A DNA stretch of 64,000 nucleotides from Nitrospinales bacterium (GTDB lineage Bacteria; Nitrospinota; Nitrospinia; Nitrospinales; VA-1), in NCBI GenBank assembly GCA_965223345.1, contig CBDCWG010000012.1, positions 2,688,001 through 2,752,000 of the forward strand. The letters are read 5' to 3'. How positions within the stretch are numbered: the first letter of the stretch is position 1; each line of letters starts with the position of its first letter. A model generated the notes under the pieces. That model was not told where the DNA came from. It did not search any database and saw only the letters and a program-made list of their open reading frames with translations. This document shows positions 1-7,964 of the stretch, piece after piece. Both the position numbers and the translations under genes were made by a program.

Positions 1-1184
1 CTGTCGGCGACGGCGCCGCCGGCCTGCAGCAGGCTCATCACGGATTTGCAGTTGAACTTTTCGTCATCGACGATGAGAAACAGGTCCTCGCCGTGCTGGC
101 GCGCGATCAGGGAGATGTAGGTGGAGGGACGGGCGTGAAACCCCAGCGGTTTGGGGATGGGCAGCTCCACGCGCAGGATTTTCACGAACTTGGCGGCGAT
201 TTCTTCGGACAGTTCATTGGCTTTGCGGAGAAAGTGCAGGCTGTAGCGGAAACAGAAGTTGAGGATCGTGCCGAGCAGGATGGACTTGTCCACCATTTCG
301 GTGATCCTCTGTTTGCATTCGCCGCCGCGGATGTCGTCTTCGTGCCGCTCGTAAAAATGACACAGCCAGAGGACGCCTTCCAGCAGGTGCAGGCTCATGG
401 AAATGTAGCCGCGCAGATTCTTGACGATGGTGTTTTCCTGTTCGATCTTGGTGTTCTTGACATAGGTGTCGTAGTCGGACTGCACGCTGTGCACCAGTTC
501 CTTGAAGCCGCGCGCCCGCTTCTCGTCGATGCGGGAAGGAATGAGTTTTTTCAGCTCGGCGAGGTCCTCGGTGGGTTCGACCTTCACCTTCTCCATCATG
601 CGGCACACTTTCTGGATCTTGTCGCACAGGTCGGTGATCCGCTCTTCCTCGTTCTTGACTTCGTCCTCGGAGATGTTGCGCGGCAGCCGGCGGTTGGCCT
701 CGATGTCGGCGAATTCGTGCGCCGAGACCGCTTCCTTGTTGAACGCCAGTCCGTTGGCCTGTCCGGACTCGATGACCTGCTGGTACAGATTGAGGATAGA
801 GCGGTTCAAAAACTTCAGGGCTTTCTGCGCTTCGCGGATGAACCGCTCGTTTTCCTCTTCGCTTTCGCGCAGGTTGTAGTACGGGTAGCGGTCGAGCAGA
901 TGCTTGATGAAAAAAGCCGTGATCCCGAGGTTGCGGATGCAGGCGACGTATTCGGTGAAGAAGGTCCAGCGCTTGTTCTCGCGGGCGCCGAATTCATCGA
1001 GAAAGCTTTCCAGAAACTCCGCTTCCTGAATGAGATTGGAGTAGAACTTGCGCGAGATTTCCTTGCCCTTGTCGAGCCGCGAGACGAACGAGTTGTAGAT
1101 GCGGAAAAAGAAAGCGGAGGGTTCCTGCACCAGGGGCAGGAATTCGTCCTCGCTCACGATCTGTATCAGGGATTTGGGTTCCAC
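1..1184 (-). CDS. Large protein with C-terminal HPr (PTS phosphocarrier) domain; runs off the window start (not in ORF track)
   Basis: Manual translation from GTG at 1184 (GGAG at 1191-1194): MEPKSLIQIVSEDEF...PLGFHARPSTYISLIARQHGEDLFLIVDDEKFNCKSVMSLLQAGGAVAD. GFHARP is the HPr His15 motif; KSVMSLL is the Ser46 motif, 31 codons downstream. Confidence 0.85.
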   Translation of the reverse strand, partial: MEPKSLIQIVSEDEFLPLVQEPSAFFFRIYNSFVSRLDKGKEISRKFYSNLIQEAEFLESFLDEFGARENKRWTFFTEYVACIRNLGITAFFIKHLLDRYPYYNLRESEEENERFIREAQKALKFLNRSILNLYQQVIESGQANGLAFNKEAVSAHEFADIEANRRLPRNISEDEVKNEEERITDLCDKIQKVCRMMEKVKVEPTEDLAELKKLIPSRIDEKRARGFKELVHSVQSDYDTYVKNTKIEQENTIVKNLRGYISMSLHLLEGVLWLCHFYERHEDDIRGGECKQRITEMVDKSILLGTILNFCFRYSLHFLRKANELSEEIAAKFVKILRVELPIPKPLGFHARPSTYISLIARQHGEDLFLIVDDEKFNCKSVMSLLQAGGAVAD

Positions 1185-1194
1185 GCTCCACTCC

Positions 1195-1219
1195 AAAAAA
1201 AGACCCGGCAAGCCGGGTT
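1195..1219 (-). terminator. Intrinsic terminator-like hairpin
   Basis: Minus strand reads ACCCGG-CTTG-CCGGGT-C-TTTTTTT, immediately followed by GGAG. Confidence 0.6.
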
Positions 1220-1298
1220 CGTCCGACAACGACACCTATTCAGTTTAGCACTCTTTGCAGGGGGATTGCACGCGATCCGCAGCGGCGGGTGGCAGGCG

Positions 1299-1841
1299 TC
1301 AACAGCCCAGGGAGCGGGCGAACGTCTTAGCCGGCAGGTATTTGCGCCAGATGGTGATGTGGGACTGCGGCCCGGAAGGCACGCAGAACTGCGCGAACAG
1401 GAAGTCCGGCTGCGCCGGTTTGCGGACCAGCCGCATGCCGATTTCCGCCAGCGTGTGGCTGCCCTTTTTCAGGTTGCAGGGTTTGCAGGCGACGACGACG
1501 TTGTGCCAGTTGGTCTTGCCGCCGCGCGACTTGGGCCGCACGTGGTCCACCGTGAGCGTGCGGCCGGAATCGCCGCAGTACTGACAGGTGTAGTTGTCAC
1601 GGCGCAGGATGTTCTTCTTGCTGAAGGCGACGCCGCGCTTGCGGTTGCGCTTCACCACTTTCAGGGTGCGGATGACCGCCGGTAGCTGAAACGTCGTCGA
1701 GGGCGAACGCACCACGTGGCCGTTGGCCTCGATGTTTTCCGCCCGTCCGCTCAGGACCATGACGATCGCCCGTTTGGCCGAACAGAACTGCAACGGCTCG
1801 TAGGTGTGGTTGAGCACCAGGATTTTTATCGAATCGAGCAT
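1299..1841 (-). CDS. HNH endonuclease (McrA-like, stand-alone)
   Basis: RDNYTCQYCG...LTVDHVRPKSRGG...WHNVVVACKPCNLKKG; N-terminal LVLNHTYEPL. Confidence 0.9.
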   Translation of the reverse strand: MLDSIKILVLNHTYEPLQFCSAKRAIVMVLSGRAENIEANGHVVRSPSTTFQLPAVIRTLKVVKRNRKRGVAFSKKNILRRDNYTCQYCGDSGRTLTVDHVRPKSRGGKTNWHNVVVACKPCNLKKGSHTLAEIGMRLVRKPAQPDFLFAQFCVPSGPQSHITIWRKYLPAKTFARSLGC

Positions 1842-2006
1842 GAGTTCGTCCCCGAATGGGTTAAACTCCCCAAAAAGATAATCTTGGTGAGTTTACAATC
1901 TGCTCCGCGAAACTGTCAATACCTTAAGCGTTTTCGGTTAGAGCGGCGTTCGCGTGCGGTGGGAGCGGAGTGAGAACAAGGTGTTACGGTGGGGTGAGCG
2001 AGAGCG

Positions 2007-3428
2007 TCACAGGATATTGCCGCTGCCCAGCAGTCCCTTGGGATCGAGGGTGGTTTTGATCTTTTTGAGGTCCTGCAATCCCCGCTCGCCCACCATTTTG
2101 GCGAAGTAGGATTTTTTCAGCTTGCCGATCCCGTGTTCGGCGGACACGGTGCCGTTCCACTCGAGAATGCGATCGACCAGGGCGCCGTAGGTCGCTTTCG
2201 CCTTGTCCATCTCGTCTTTGGCGGGCAGCAGGTTGATGTGCAGGTGGTTGTCGCCCAGGTGGCCGAACACGACGTGGTGCAGGCCGCTTTTTGCAAGCTC
2301 CTGCCGGTAGAACCGCATCATTTCGATGAAATGTGCGTCGGGCACCGCCATGTCGGTTCCCACCTTCACGCGGCCCTCGCGGCTGTTTTCCTCGTTCACG
2401 ATCACCGGAATGTCGTGGCGGAAATCGTGGAAGCGCTGCAGGTCCTTCGGGCTCTGTGCGAACCAGGATGCGTCCAACAGCAGCGTCTCTTCGCTCAAAA
2501 ACTCATACCAGCTCTCCAGCAACGCATCGCTCTGTGCTTTTTCGGCCACGTCCTGCTCGAAAAACAGCGCCGCCTGTGCCCCGGCGGGAATGCGTTCGTG
2601 TTTGCCGCGCAGTTTTTCCAATGAAAAGCGGTCGAAGTATTCCAGCGAGCAGGGAGCGAGCGGCGAATCCTTGGATAACGAGCGGATGGCTTCGACGATC
2701 TGCCAGCAGTCCTCTTCCCGTTCGAAAAACAGGATGCCGCTAGTGAATTCCGCCGGCCGGGGAATCAGCTTGAGCTTGAGCTTGGTGAAGATGCCGAGCG
2801 TGCCGTCGGAGCCGATGAACAGATCGAGCCAGTCCATGCCCGGCCGGATGTGATACCCGGCGGCGTTTTTGCAGGCGGGGCTCCGGTATTCGATGTCGGG
2901 GAACGCGATGGCGCTGCCGTCGTCGAGCGGCAACGGCGCATCGATGCTTTGCCCGCGCGCAAGCGTGGCTTTGCGGCCGTCGGCGAGAAACAGGTCGGCT
3001 TCGAGAATGTAGTCGCGGGTGACGCCGTATTTGTAGCTGCGCCCGCCGGAGGCGTTGGTGGCGGCGGTGCCGCCGATCGAGGCCAGCGTTTCGGTGGGGT
3101 TGGGCGGATAGAACCAGACCGTCGGCTTGAGAAGTTCCTGCACCTCGGCCAGGGTGACGGCGGGGCCCACCTCGAGCGCGCCGTTTTCGATTTCGCCACA
3201 GTGATCGAAGCGTTCCATGGAAACGATGACGCCGCCGTGCGGGATGCGCGACGCGTTGAGCCCGGTGCCGGCGCCGGCAATGTGCAGCGGCTGGTCGTTG
3301 CTTTTGAGAAACGCCTGCAACTCGTCCGCGTTTTCCGGAATCACCACTTCCTCGGCGCTGCCGCCGGAATAATTGGAAGCGTCTTTCAAATAGGGAAGGA
3401 TCGCCTGCGGATCGGTTTTGCGGATCAT
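2007..3428 (-). CDS. FAD-linked oxidase/2-hydroxyacid dehydrogenase (GlcD/D-lactate/D-2-hydroxyglutarate dehydrogenase family)
   Basis: GAGTG, SIGGTAATNASG, FIGSDGTLG, FGHLGDNHLH, SAEHGIG motifs. Confidence 0.88.
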   Translation of the reverse strand: MIRKTDPQAILPYLKDASNYSGGSAEEVVIPENADELQAFLKSNDQPLHIAGAGTGLNASRIPHGGVIVSMERFDHCGEIENGALEVGPAVTLAEVQELLKPTVWFYPPNPTETLASIGGTAATNASGGRSYKYGVTRDYILEADLFLADGRKATLARGQSIDAPLPLDDGSAIAFPDIEYRSPACKNAAGYHIRPGMDWLDLFIGSDGTLGIFTKLKLKLIPRPAEFTSGILFFEREEDCWQIVEAIRSLSKDSPLAPCSLEYFDRFSLEKLRGKHERIPAGAQAALFFEQDVAEKAQSDALLESWYEFLSEETLLLDASWFAQSPKDLQRFHDFRHDIPVIVNEENSREGRVKVGTDMAVPDAHFIEMMRFYRQELAKSGLHHVVFGHLGDNHLHINLLPAKDEMDKAKATYGALVDRILEWNGTVSAEHGIGKLKKSYFAKMVGERGLQDLKKIKTTLDPKGLLGSGNIL

Positions 3429-3477
3429 GATCGAAATGAAACTCCGGAAACGAATTTGAACGGGAAACGGGGTTGTC

Positions 3478-4077
3478 TCAGCGGCGGGTGGATTCCATCA
3501 GGCCGTCTGCCTGCGGCGGCAGGAAACCCTGGTAGCCGTTGTGGCGCTCGATCAGTTCCAGCACGGTGAACACCTCGCCGTTGCGCGTCTCGGGCTGCGT
3601 GAAGATCTGCCGCAGATCGGACCCCGCTGCGCCGACGATGCTGCCGGTGAAGCCGATGCCCTGCCCTTTCATGGCGGCGATGGCGGCGTCGATGTCTTCC
3701 ACCAATACGGCGATGTGGTGGAAGCAGTTGTCGCCGTGCGCGTCCACCCATTTGGGGATGAGGCTGTCTTTCCCCCGCTCGCCCGCGAACGCCTGGTCGA
3801 TGAACAGGGTGGGGAAACCCGGTTTGCGGTACACCTTGGCCCACCACTTGTCGAACTCCAGCACGCCGATGACGGCGTCGTATTCGAATCCCAGGGCCAG
3901 CGCCTCCTTGGCGCGCGCGTCCACATCGTGCGTGCGGATCGTGCAGTGGTCCACCAGCGGCATCAACCCGACCCCGCAGTTCTTCAGCGTTTGCGCGAGA
4001 CCGCGCGCGGCGGCGTTGTTTTCAAGGAATCGCCCGATGTACTCGGCGAAGAAACGGTCTGTGGGAGAGTCGGTCAT
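3478..4077 (-). CDS. VOC-fold protein resembling the catalytic C-terminal domain of 4-hydroxyphenylpyruvate dioxygenase
   Basis: VDHCTIR, FHHIAV, LRQIFT, LELIER..YQGF: His/His/Glu triad pattern. Confidence 0.7.
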   Translation of the reverse strand: MTDSPTDRFFAEYIGRFLENNAAARGLAQTLKNCGVGLMPLVDHCTIRTHDVDARAKEALALGFEYDAVIGVLEFDKWWAKVYRKPGFPTLFIDQAFAGERGKDSLIPKWVDAHGDNCFHHIAVLVEDIDAAIAAMKGQGIGFTGSIVGAAGSDLRQIFTQPETRNGEVFTVLELIERHNGYQGFLPPQADGLMESTRR

Positions 4078-4107
4078 GGTCGGGTTCCTTCTATCCAGTG
4101 AGCGGAC

Positions 4108-4272
4108 TCACTCGCTTTTGTCTTCCAGGGTGCGTTTGGTTTCCTCCTCGCGCCGGCGCAATTCCTCCATGTGCGCCTTCGGCTGCTGATGGATGAACTT
4201 TGCGTATTTCGGGAGCAGGATCAGCATGATGACCACGAAGGCTATTGCCAGAATCAGGAATACGGTTTCCAC
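4108..4272 (-). CDS. Small single-pass membrane protein, 54 aa (not in ORF track)
   Basis: AGGAGG RBS then GTG; METVFLILAIAFVVIMLILLPKYAKFIHQQPKAHMEELRRREEETKRTLEDKSE*. Confidence 0.7.
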   Translation of the reverse strand: METVFLILAIAFVVIMLILLPKYAKFIHQQPKAHMEELRRREEETKRTLEDKSE

Positions 4273-4568
4273 AAATCCTCCTTTCTGTTGCCGGAAACAA
4301 CGGCTTTACGGGTATTTTAACATTTCAGACGCATTCGCAGGGTAGAAAGCGCATCGCCACCGGCAAAGCCGGCTTCCGTATCGGAGAGCCGCTTTTTCAG
4401 GCGTTATGGCAGCCCTCAAGCGCTGGAAACGCCCATTCTGGCGAATTCGGTCCTGCGGCCCGTATCTGACTGATTCCTCGGGAGGCCTGCGGGCACCTTG
4501 TGTCCGACGGATCAATGTGTTATAGAATTTCCCATCAGACACTTTTCCCCTCGAGGCGACGGATTTTC

Positions 4569-4781
4569 ATGGCCAGGACCTTCAAAACCCTCCTTCTATT
4601 GTGCGCGGCGCTGGGACTTTTGTTTTCAGCCGGATGTGCGGGCGAGGATCCGTATGCGCGGTTGAAACAGACGGAACGGGATTACCGCGACTGTCTGGCC
4701 CAGCACCAGGGCGATGAAAAGGTCTGCACCGCCGCCAAGAGCATCTACGAAAGCGAGCAGGAAAACTACCGCAACCGTTAA
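4569..4781 (+). CDS. Small lipoprotein
   Basis: MARTFKTLLLLCAALGLLFSAGC lipobox; Cys pair in the mature part. Confidence 0.65.
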   Translation: MARTFKTLLLLCAALGLLFSAGCAGEDPYARLKQTERDYRDCLAQHQGDEKVCTAAKSIYESEQENYRNR

Positions 4782-4812
4782 ACTCCTGCGCGGAGAGCGC
4801 ATTTTCTTGTCC

Positions 4813-4836
4813 CCCTTCGACAAGCTCAGGGTGACA
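4813..4836. repeat. REP-like palindromic repeat, copy 1
   Basis: CCCTTCGACAAGCTCAGGGTGACA; reverse complement nearly identical to 31550-31572 and 62814-62837. Confidence 0.8.
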
Positions 4837-4843
4837 GGAATTT

Positions 4844-5326
4844 TCACTCCTTGTAGTTCTTACTTCTCAAGCCACTCCAGATTCCGGATAGAAATTGGTT
4901 GAAAGACCACACGTCCGAGTCGAGACAACCGCTTTCGCAAAGGGTTTTGTTTCGCAGCGGGAAATTGATTTCTCTTCCATTTTTCATTTTCAGGGTCAGA
5001 TGGTTGATGTTCAGTTTGTCTTCCGCAGTTTTGAGGGGAAGGACATGGGTTTCCACCTCTCGATAGTCGATAAAGATCCATTCACTACTGTATTGGACTA
5101 AACCACAGAGGCCCAAATGCAGACCGCAGTTGGTGACGACGATCGCATCCTCTCTGGCGATTGGGTGGTTGCGGTAGATGCCCAGTATTTTTTCATTTTC
5201 CTCACAGCTAAAATCCCACTCGGGAATTTCACTTTGCCCGCTTACGATTTCAAAGCTGTCGAGTTTGTGCAGCAGCCATTTCACACGGCAATGGATGGGG
5301 CGCATTAATTTCGGTTCTTTGCGCAT
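4844..5326 (-). CDS. Hypothetical protein, visibly AT-richer than its neighbours
   Basis: 160 aa ORF directly downstream of the siroheme synthase gene; no recognised motif. Confidence 0.6.
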   Translation of the reverse strand: MRKEPKLMRPIHCRVKWLLHKLDSFEIVSGQSEIPEWDFSCEENEKILGIYRNHPIAREDAIVVTNCGLHLGLCGLVQYSSEWIFIDYREVETHVLPLKTAEDKLNINHLTLKMKNGREINFPLRNKTLCESGCLDSDVWSFNQFLSGIWSGLRSKNYKE

Positions 5327-5357
5327 GGTTCGAGACCAATCGTTGAATCTATGGTTG

Positions 5358-6029
5358 TCAGTGATCCTTCGATTGTTTTTTCTCTTTCAAAATCTGCATC
5401 GCTCTGGTCTCGGCTTCATCCAGCTTGTCTTTCTGCAGCAACGCGTGGATGGTTTCGTCTTCCAGCAGGCTCAGGAGAAAACGTTTGCGCGCATCGGGGG
5501 TCGGCAGGTGGGTTTTGACGTGCGGGCGCAGTTTGCCTTGAAGCTGGATCTGCCGGATGTCGGTGTCGGAGATGAGTTCGTTGAAGATGGCCTCGGTCTG
5601 TTCGCGGATCCTGCGCGCCATGAGCGGGCTTTTGCCGCCGGTGGACACGGCGATCTGCACGGTGTCCTGGATGTTGATGACGGAGGGATGGCTGAAATCG
5701 CTGGCCTGCGGGTCGTCGGCGGCGTAGGCATAGCAGCGCAGGTCTTTCGCGGCGCTGACGATTCTGCGGTTGAGGTCTTTATCATCGGTGACGGCCAGCA
5801 CCAGGATCAGCCGGTCGTATTGCTTTAAAAACCCGCCATCGGCCACCGTTTCTTCAGTCAGTTTGAGTTTCCCTTCTTTTGCCCTTTGTGCGATGCTTTG
5901 CGAGACGGTCCCAGCGTGCACGTGGATCTCGCAGTCCTGGGTCAGCAACGCCTCGACCTTGCGCGCGGCTTCGTGGCCGCCGCCCACGACGACGACTTGC
6001 TTTCCTTTCAGGTTCAGATCGACGATCAT
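5358..6029 (-). CDS. Precorrin-2 dehydrogenase/sirohydrochlorin ferrochelatase (CysG N-terminal/SirC/Met8-like)
   Basis: LKGKQVVVVGGGHEAARKV, DDPQASDFSHP, IAVSTGGKSP. Confidence 0.88.
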   Translation of the reverse strand: MIVDLNLKGKQVVVVGGGHEAARKVEALLTQDCEIHVHAGTVSQSIAQRAKEGKLKLTEETVADGGFLKQYDRLILVLAVTDDKDLNRRIVSAAKDLRCYAYAADDPQASDFSHPSVINIQDTVQIAVSTGGKSPLMARRIREQTEAIFNELISDTDIRQIQLQGKLRPHVKTHLPTPDARKRFLLSLLEDETIHALLQKDKLDEAETRAMQILKEKKQSKDH

Positions 6030-6127
6030 AAAGGGGCGCCCCTTTTTCGCGGTTGAGTTGGAATACCTAGTGGGATCGATGTTCATCTTACAGGATTGCA
6101 AGTGGAATCCTAAACAATAAGGTGTTT

Positions 6128-6892
6128 ATGGTTTGCAGGCGATGGTTTTACGCTGTATTTCCGGTTGTTTTTCTGCTCGTTCTTTTCCCCGGCCGCGCCC
6201 TGCCGCTGGAAAAGAGCCAGGTGGCGAAGTACTCCATCACGGTGGAACTCAAACCGTTTTACCCCAGCGAGGTCAAGCGCTACGGCCTGGAGGTAGGGCA
6301 CCCCTACAAATTCGACCTGGAAACGCTGGACCGTTACATGCGCGCGCTGGCGTACCAGAAGAAGCGGTTTTCCTGGTCGCTGGAAAAACGTCTATTCCCG
6401 TCGGCGTTGCACGACCGCATGGTCCAGGCCATCGCGAAACATTATTCCGAGGCGCGGCCGGATCAGCGGGTGGTGTACACGATCAAGAATTCGTCCGGAA
6501 AAACCATGCTGCACGGGGACACCTTTCTCACGCAAAAGGGGCTGCACTGGCGGCTGACGGTGCTGCAGGGCTCGCGCCGCGAGATCGAGGATTTCAGTGT
6601 GGCGGGTGAGAACTGGCGGCTGGTGTCGCGCAACAATCTGGCCTATTTCGTCACACGGCGTTTCGAAAACCACAATGAGAAGGTGAGCAACTGGCTGGTG
6701 TTCAACAAGGTGCGGCCGGAAGCGGGACGGATTGTCCAGGACGCAACGCCTCCCGCCCGCGAGCGGCAGGTCGAAACGCGTCCCAAAAGCGTCAAGAAGC
6801 GGCTTCAGGTGCTTGAGGAGCTGAAGCAGGAAGGGCTGATTTCAGAGCAGGAGTACAGCCGCAAGCGCCTTGAAATCCTGGACGGGCTGTGA
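6128..6892 (+). CDS. Exported protein with C-terminal SHOCT domain
   Basis: N-terminal signal peptide; RLQVLEELKQEGLISEQEYSRKRLEIL. Confidence 0.75.
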   Translation: MVCRRWFYAVFPVVFLLVLFPGRALPLEKSQVAKYSITVELKPFYPSEVKRYGLEVGHPYKFDLETLDRYMRALAYQKKRFSWSLEKRLFPSALHDRMVQAIAKHYSEARPDQRVVYTIKNSSGKTMLHGDTFLTQKGLHWRLTVLQGSRREIEDFSVAGENWRLVSRNNLAYFVTRRFENHNEKVSNWLVFNKVRPEAGRIVQDATPPARERQVETRPKSVKKRLQVLEELKQEGLISEQEYSRKRLEILDGL

Positions 6893-6913
6893 CCGTCCCC
6901 GCCGCGGGAGCCC

Positions 6914-6943
6914 TTGACAGGCCTGGGGAAAGGCACGTATTCT
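6914..6943 (+). promoter_or_regulatory. Putative sigma70 promoter of the MoxR operon
   Basis: TTGACA-18 nt-TATTCT. Confidence 0.45.
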
Positions 6944-6978
6944 GAATTTTGCATTGGAACCCATTTACGGAGATCGAC

Positions 6979-7929
6979 TTGAATAAATCGAAACAGGAAC
7001 CGGCGGTTGTCACCATCGACGGGGTGCACCTGAACCTCAGCCGGCCCGACAGCACGCAACCGGAATGGATCGGCCAGGACGAGGTGCTCAAGCAGATTTT
7101 AGCGTGCTGGATGGTGGTCGGTGAGAAGGACCTGCCGCTGTCGCCGCGGATCGTCGGCATGCCGGGAATCGGCAAGACCACGCTGGCGATGGTGGCGGCG
7201 CTCAAGCGCGGCCAGCCGCTGTATATCTTCCAGTGCACCAGCGACACGCGCCCGGAGGATCTGCTGGTCACGCCGGTGCTGGCCGAATCGGGCAAAATCT
7301 CCTACCACGCTTCGCCTCTCGTGAGCGCCATGCTGACCGGCGGGATCTGCATCCTCGATGAGGGCAACCGCATGAACGAGAAGAGCTGGGCCTCGCTCGC
7401 GCCGCTGCTCGATCACCGGCGCTATGTGGAGTCGATCATTGCCGGCATCCAGATTCACGCGCACGCGGAGTTCCGCGCCTGCGTGACGATGAACCGGGAC
7501 GAATCGACGTTCGAGATTCCCGATTACATCCTTTCCCGCCTGCAGCCGACCCTGCCTCTGAGCATGCCGGATCACCGCGACGAAATGGCGATTCTGCAAT
7601 ACCACCTGCCGTTCGCATCCGAAGATCTGCTGCGCATGACGGTGGACTTTCTGCAGAAGTCGCATCAACTGGACCTGGACTTTTCGCCGCGCGACGGCAT
7701 CCACATCTTGCAGTATGCGCTCAAACGCCTGAGCCAGGACAAGGAACACCCGCTGAGCAAGGACGAAGCCTGGCGCGAGGCGGTGACCAAGGTGTTGGGC
7801 GAAGAGGCGATGGACCTGGACGGCATGGCCTCGAAAAAACGCCGCGCCCTAGGAGGCGAACGTATGCCGATGGGACTGGGCGATTTCTTCTTCAATGAGG
7901 ACAGCCCGCTGCACCCGGACGGAGACTGA
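6979..7929 (+). CDS. MoxR-family AAA+ ATPase
   Basis: Walker [20 protein letters not shown], Walker B ILDEGNR, VTMN; GGAG upstream of TTG at 6979. Confidence 0.85.
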   Translation: MNKSKQEPAVVTIDGVHLNLSRPDSTQPEWIGQDEVLKQILACWMVVGEKDLPLSPRIVGMPGIGKTTLAMVAALKRGQPLYIFQCTSDTRPEDLLVTPVLAESGKISYHASPLVSAMLTGGICILDEGNRMNEKSWASLAPLLDHRRYVESIIAGIQIHAHAEFRACVTMNRDESTFEIPDYILSRLQPTLPLSMPDHRDEMAILQYHLPFASEDLLRMTVDFLQKSHQLDLDFSPRDGIHILQYALKRLSQDKEHPLSKDEAWREAVTKVLGEEAMDLDGMASKKRRALGGERMPMGLGDFFFNEDSPLHPDGD

Positions 7930-7964
7930 CTCCACAGAGGATTGGCTTCCCGCCTCACAGAGCC

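Noticed and set aside
1245..1272. CIRCE-like TTAGCACTC
   Set aside because: Only the left arm matches; the right arm is poor and mis-spaced, and the adjacent genes are not chaperones.
93..1685. 530-aa plus-strand ORF
   Set aside because: Antisense shadow of the HPr-fusion and HNH genes; no motifs. Long shadow frames are expected in high-GC coding DNA.
1299..1841. HNH gene as a CRISPR, IscB or restriction system effector
   Set aside because: Short stand-alone HNH with no RuvC motifs, array, methyltransferase or element ends.
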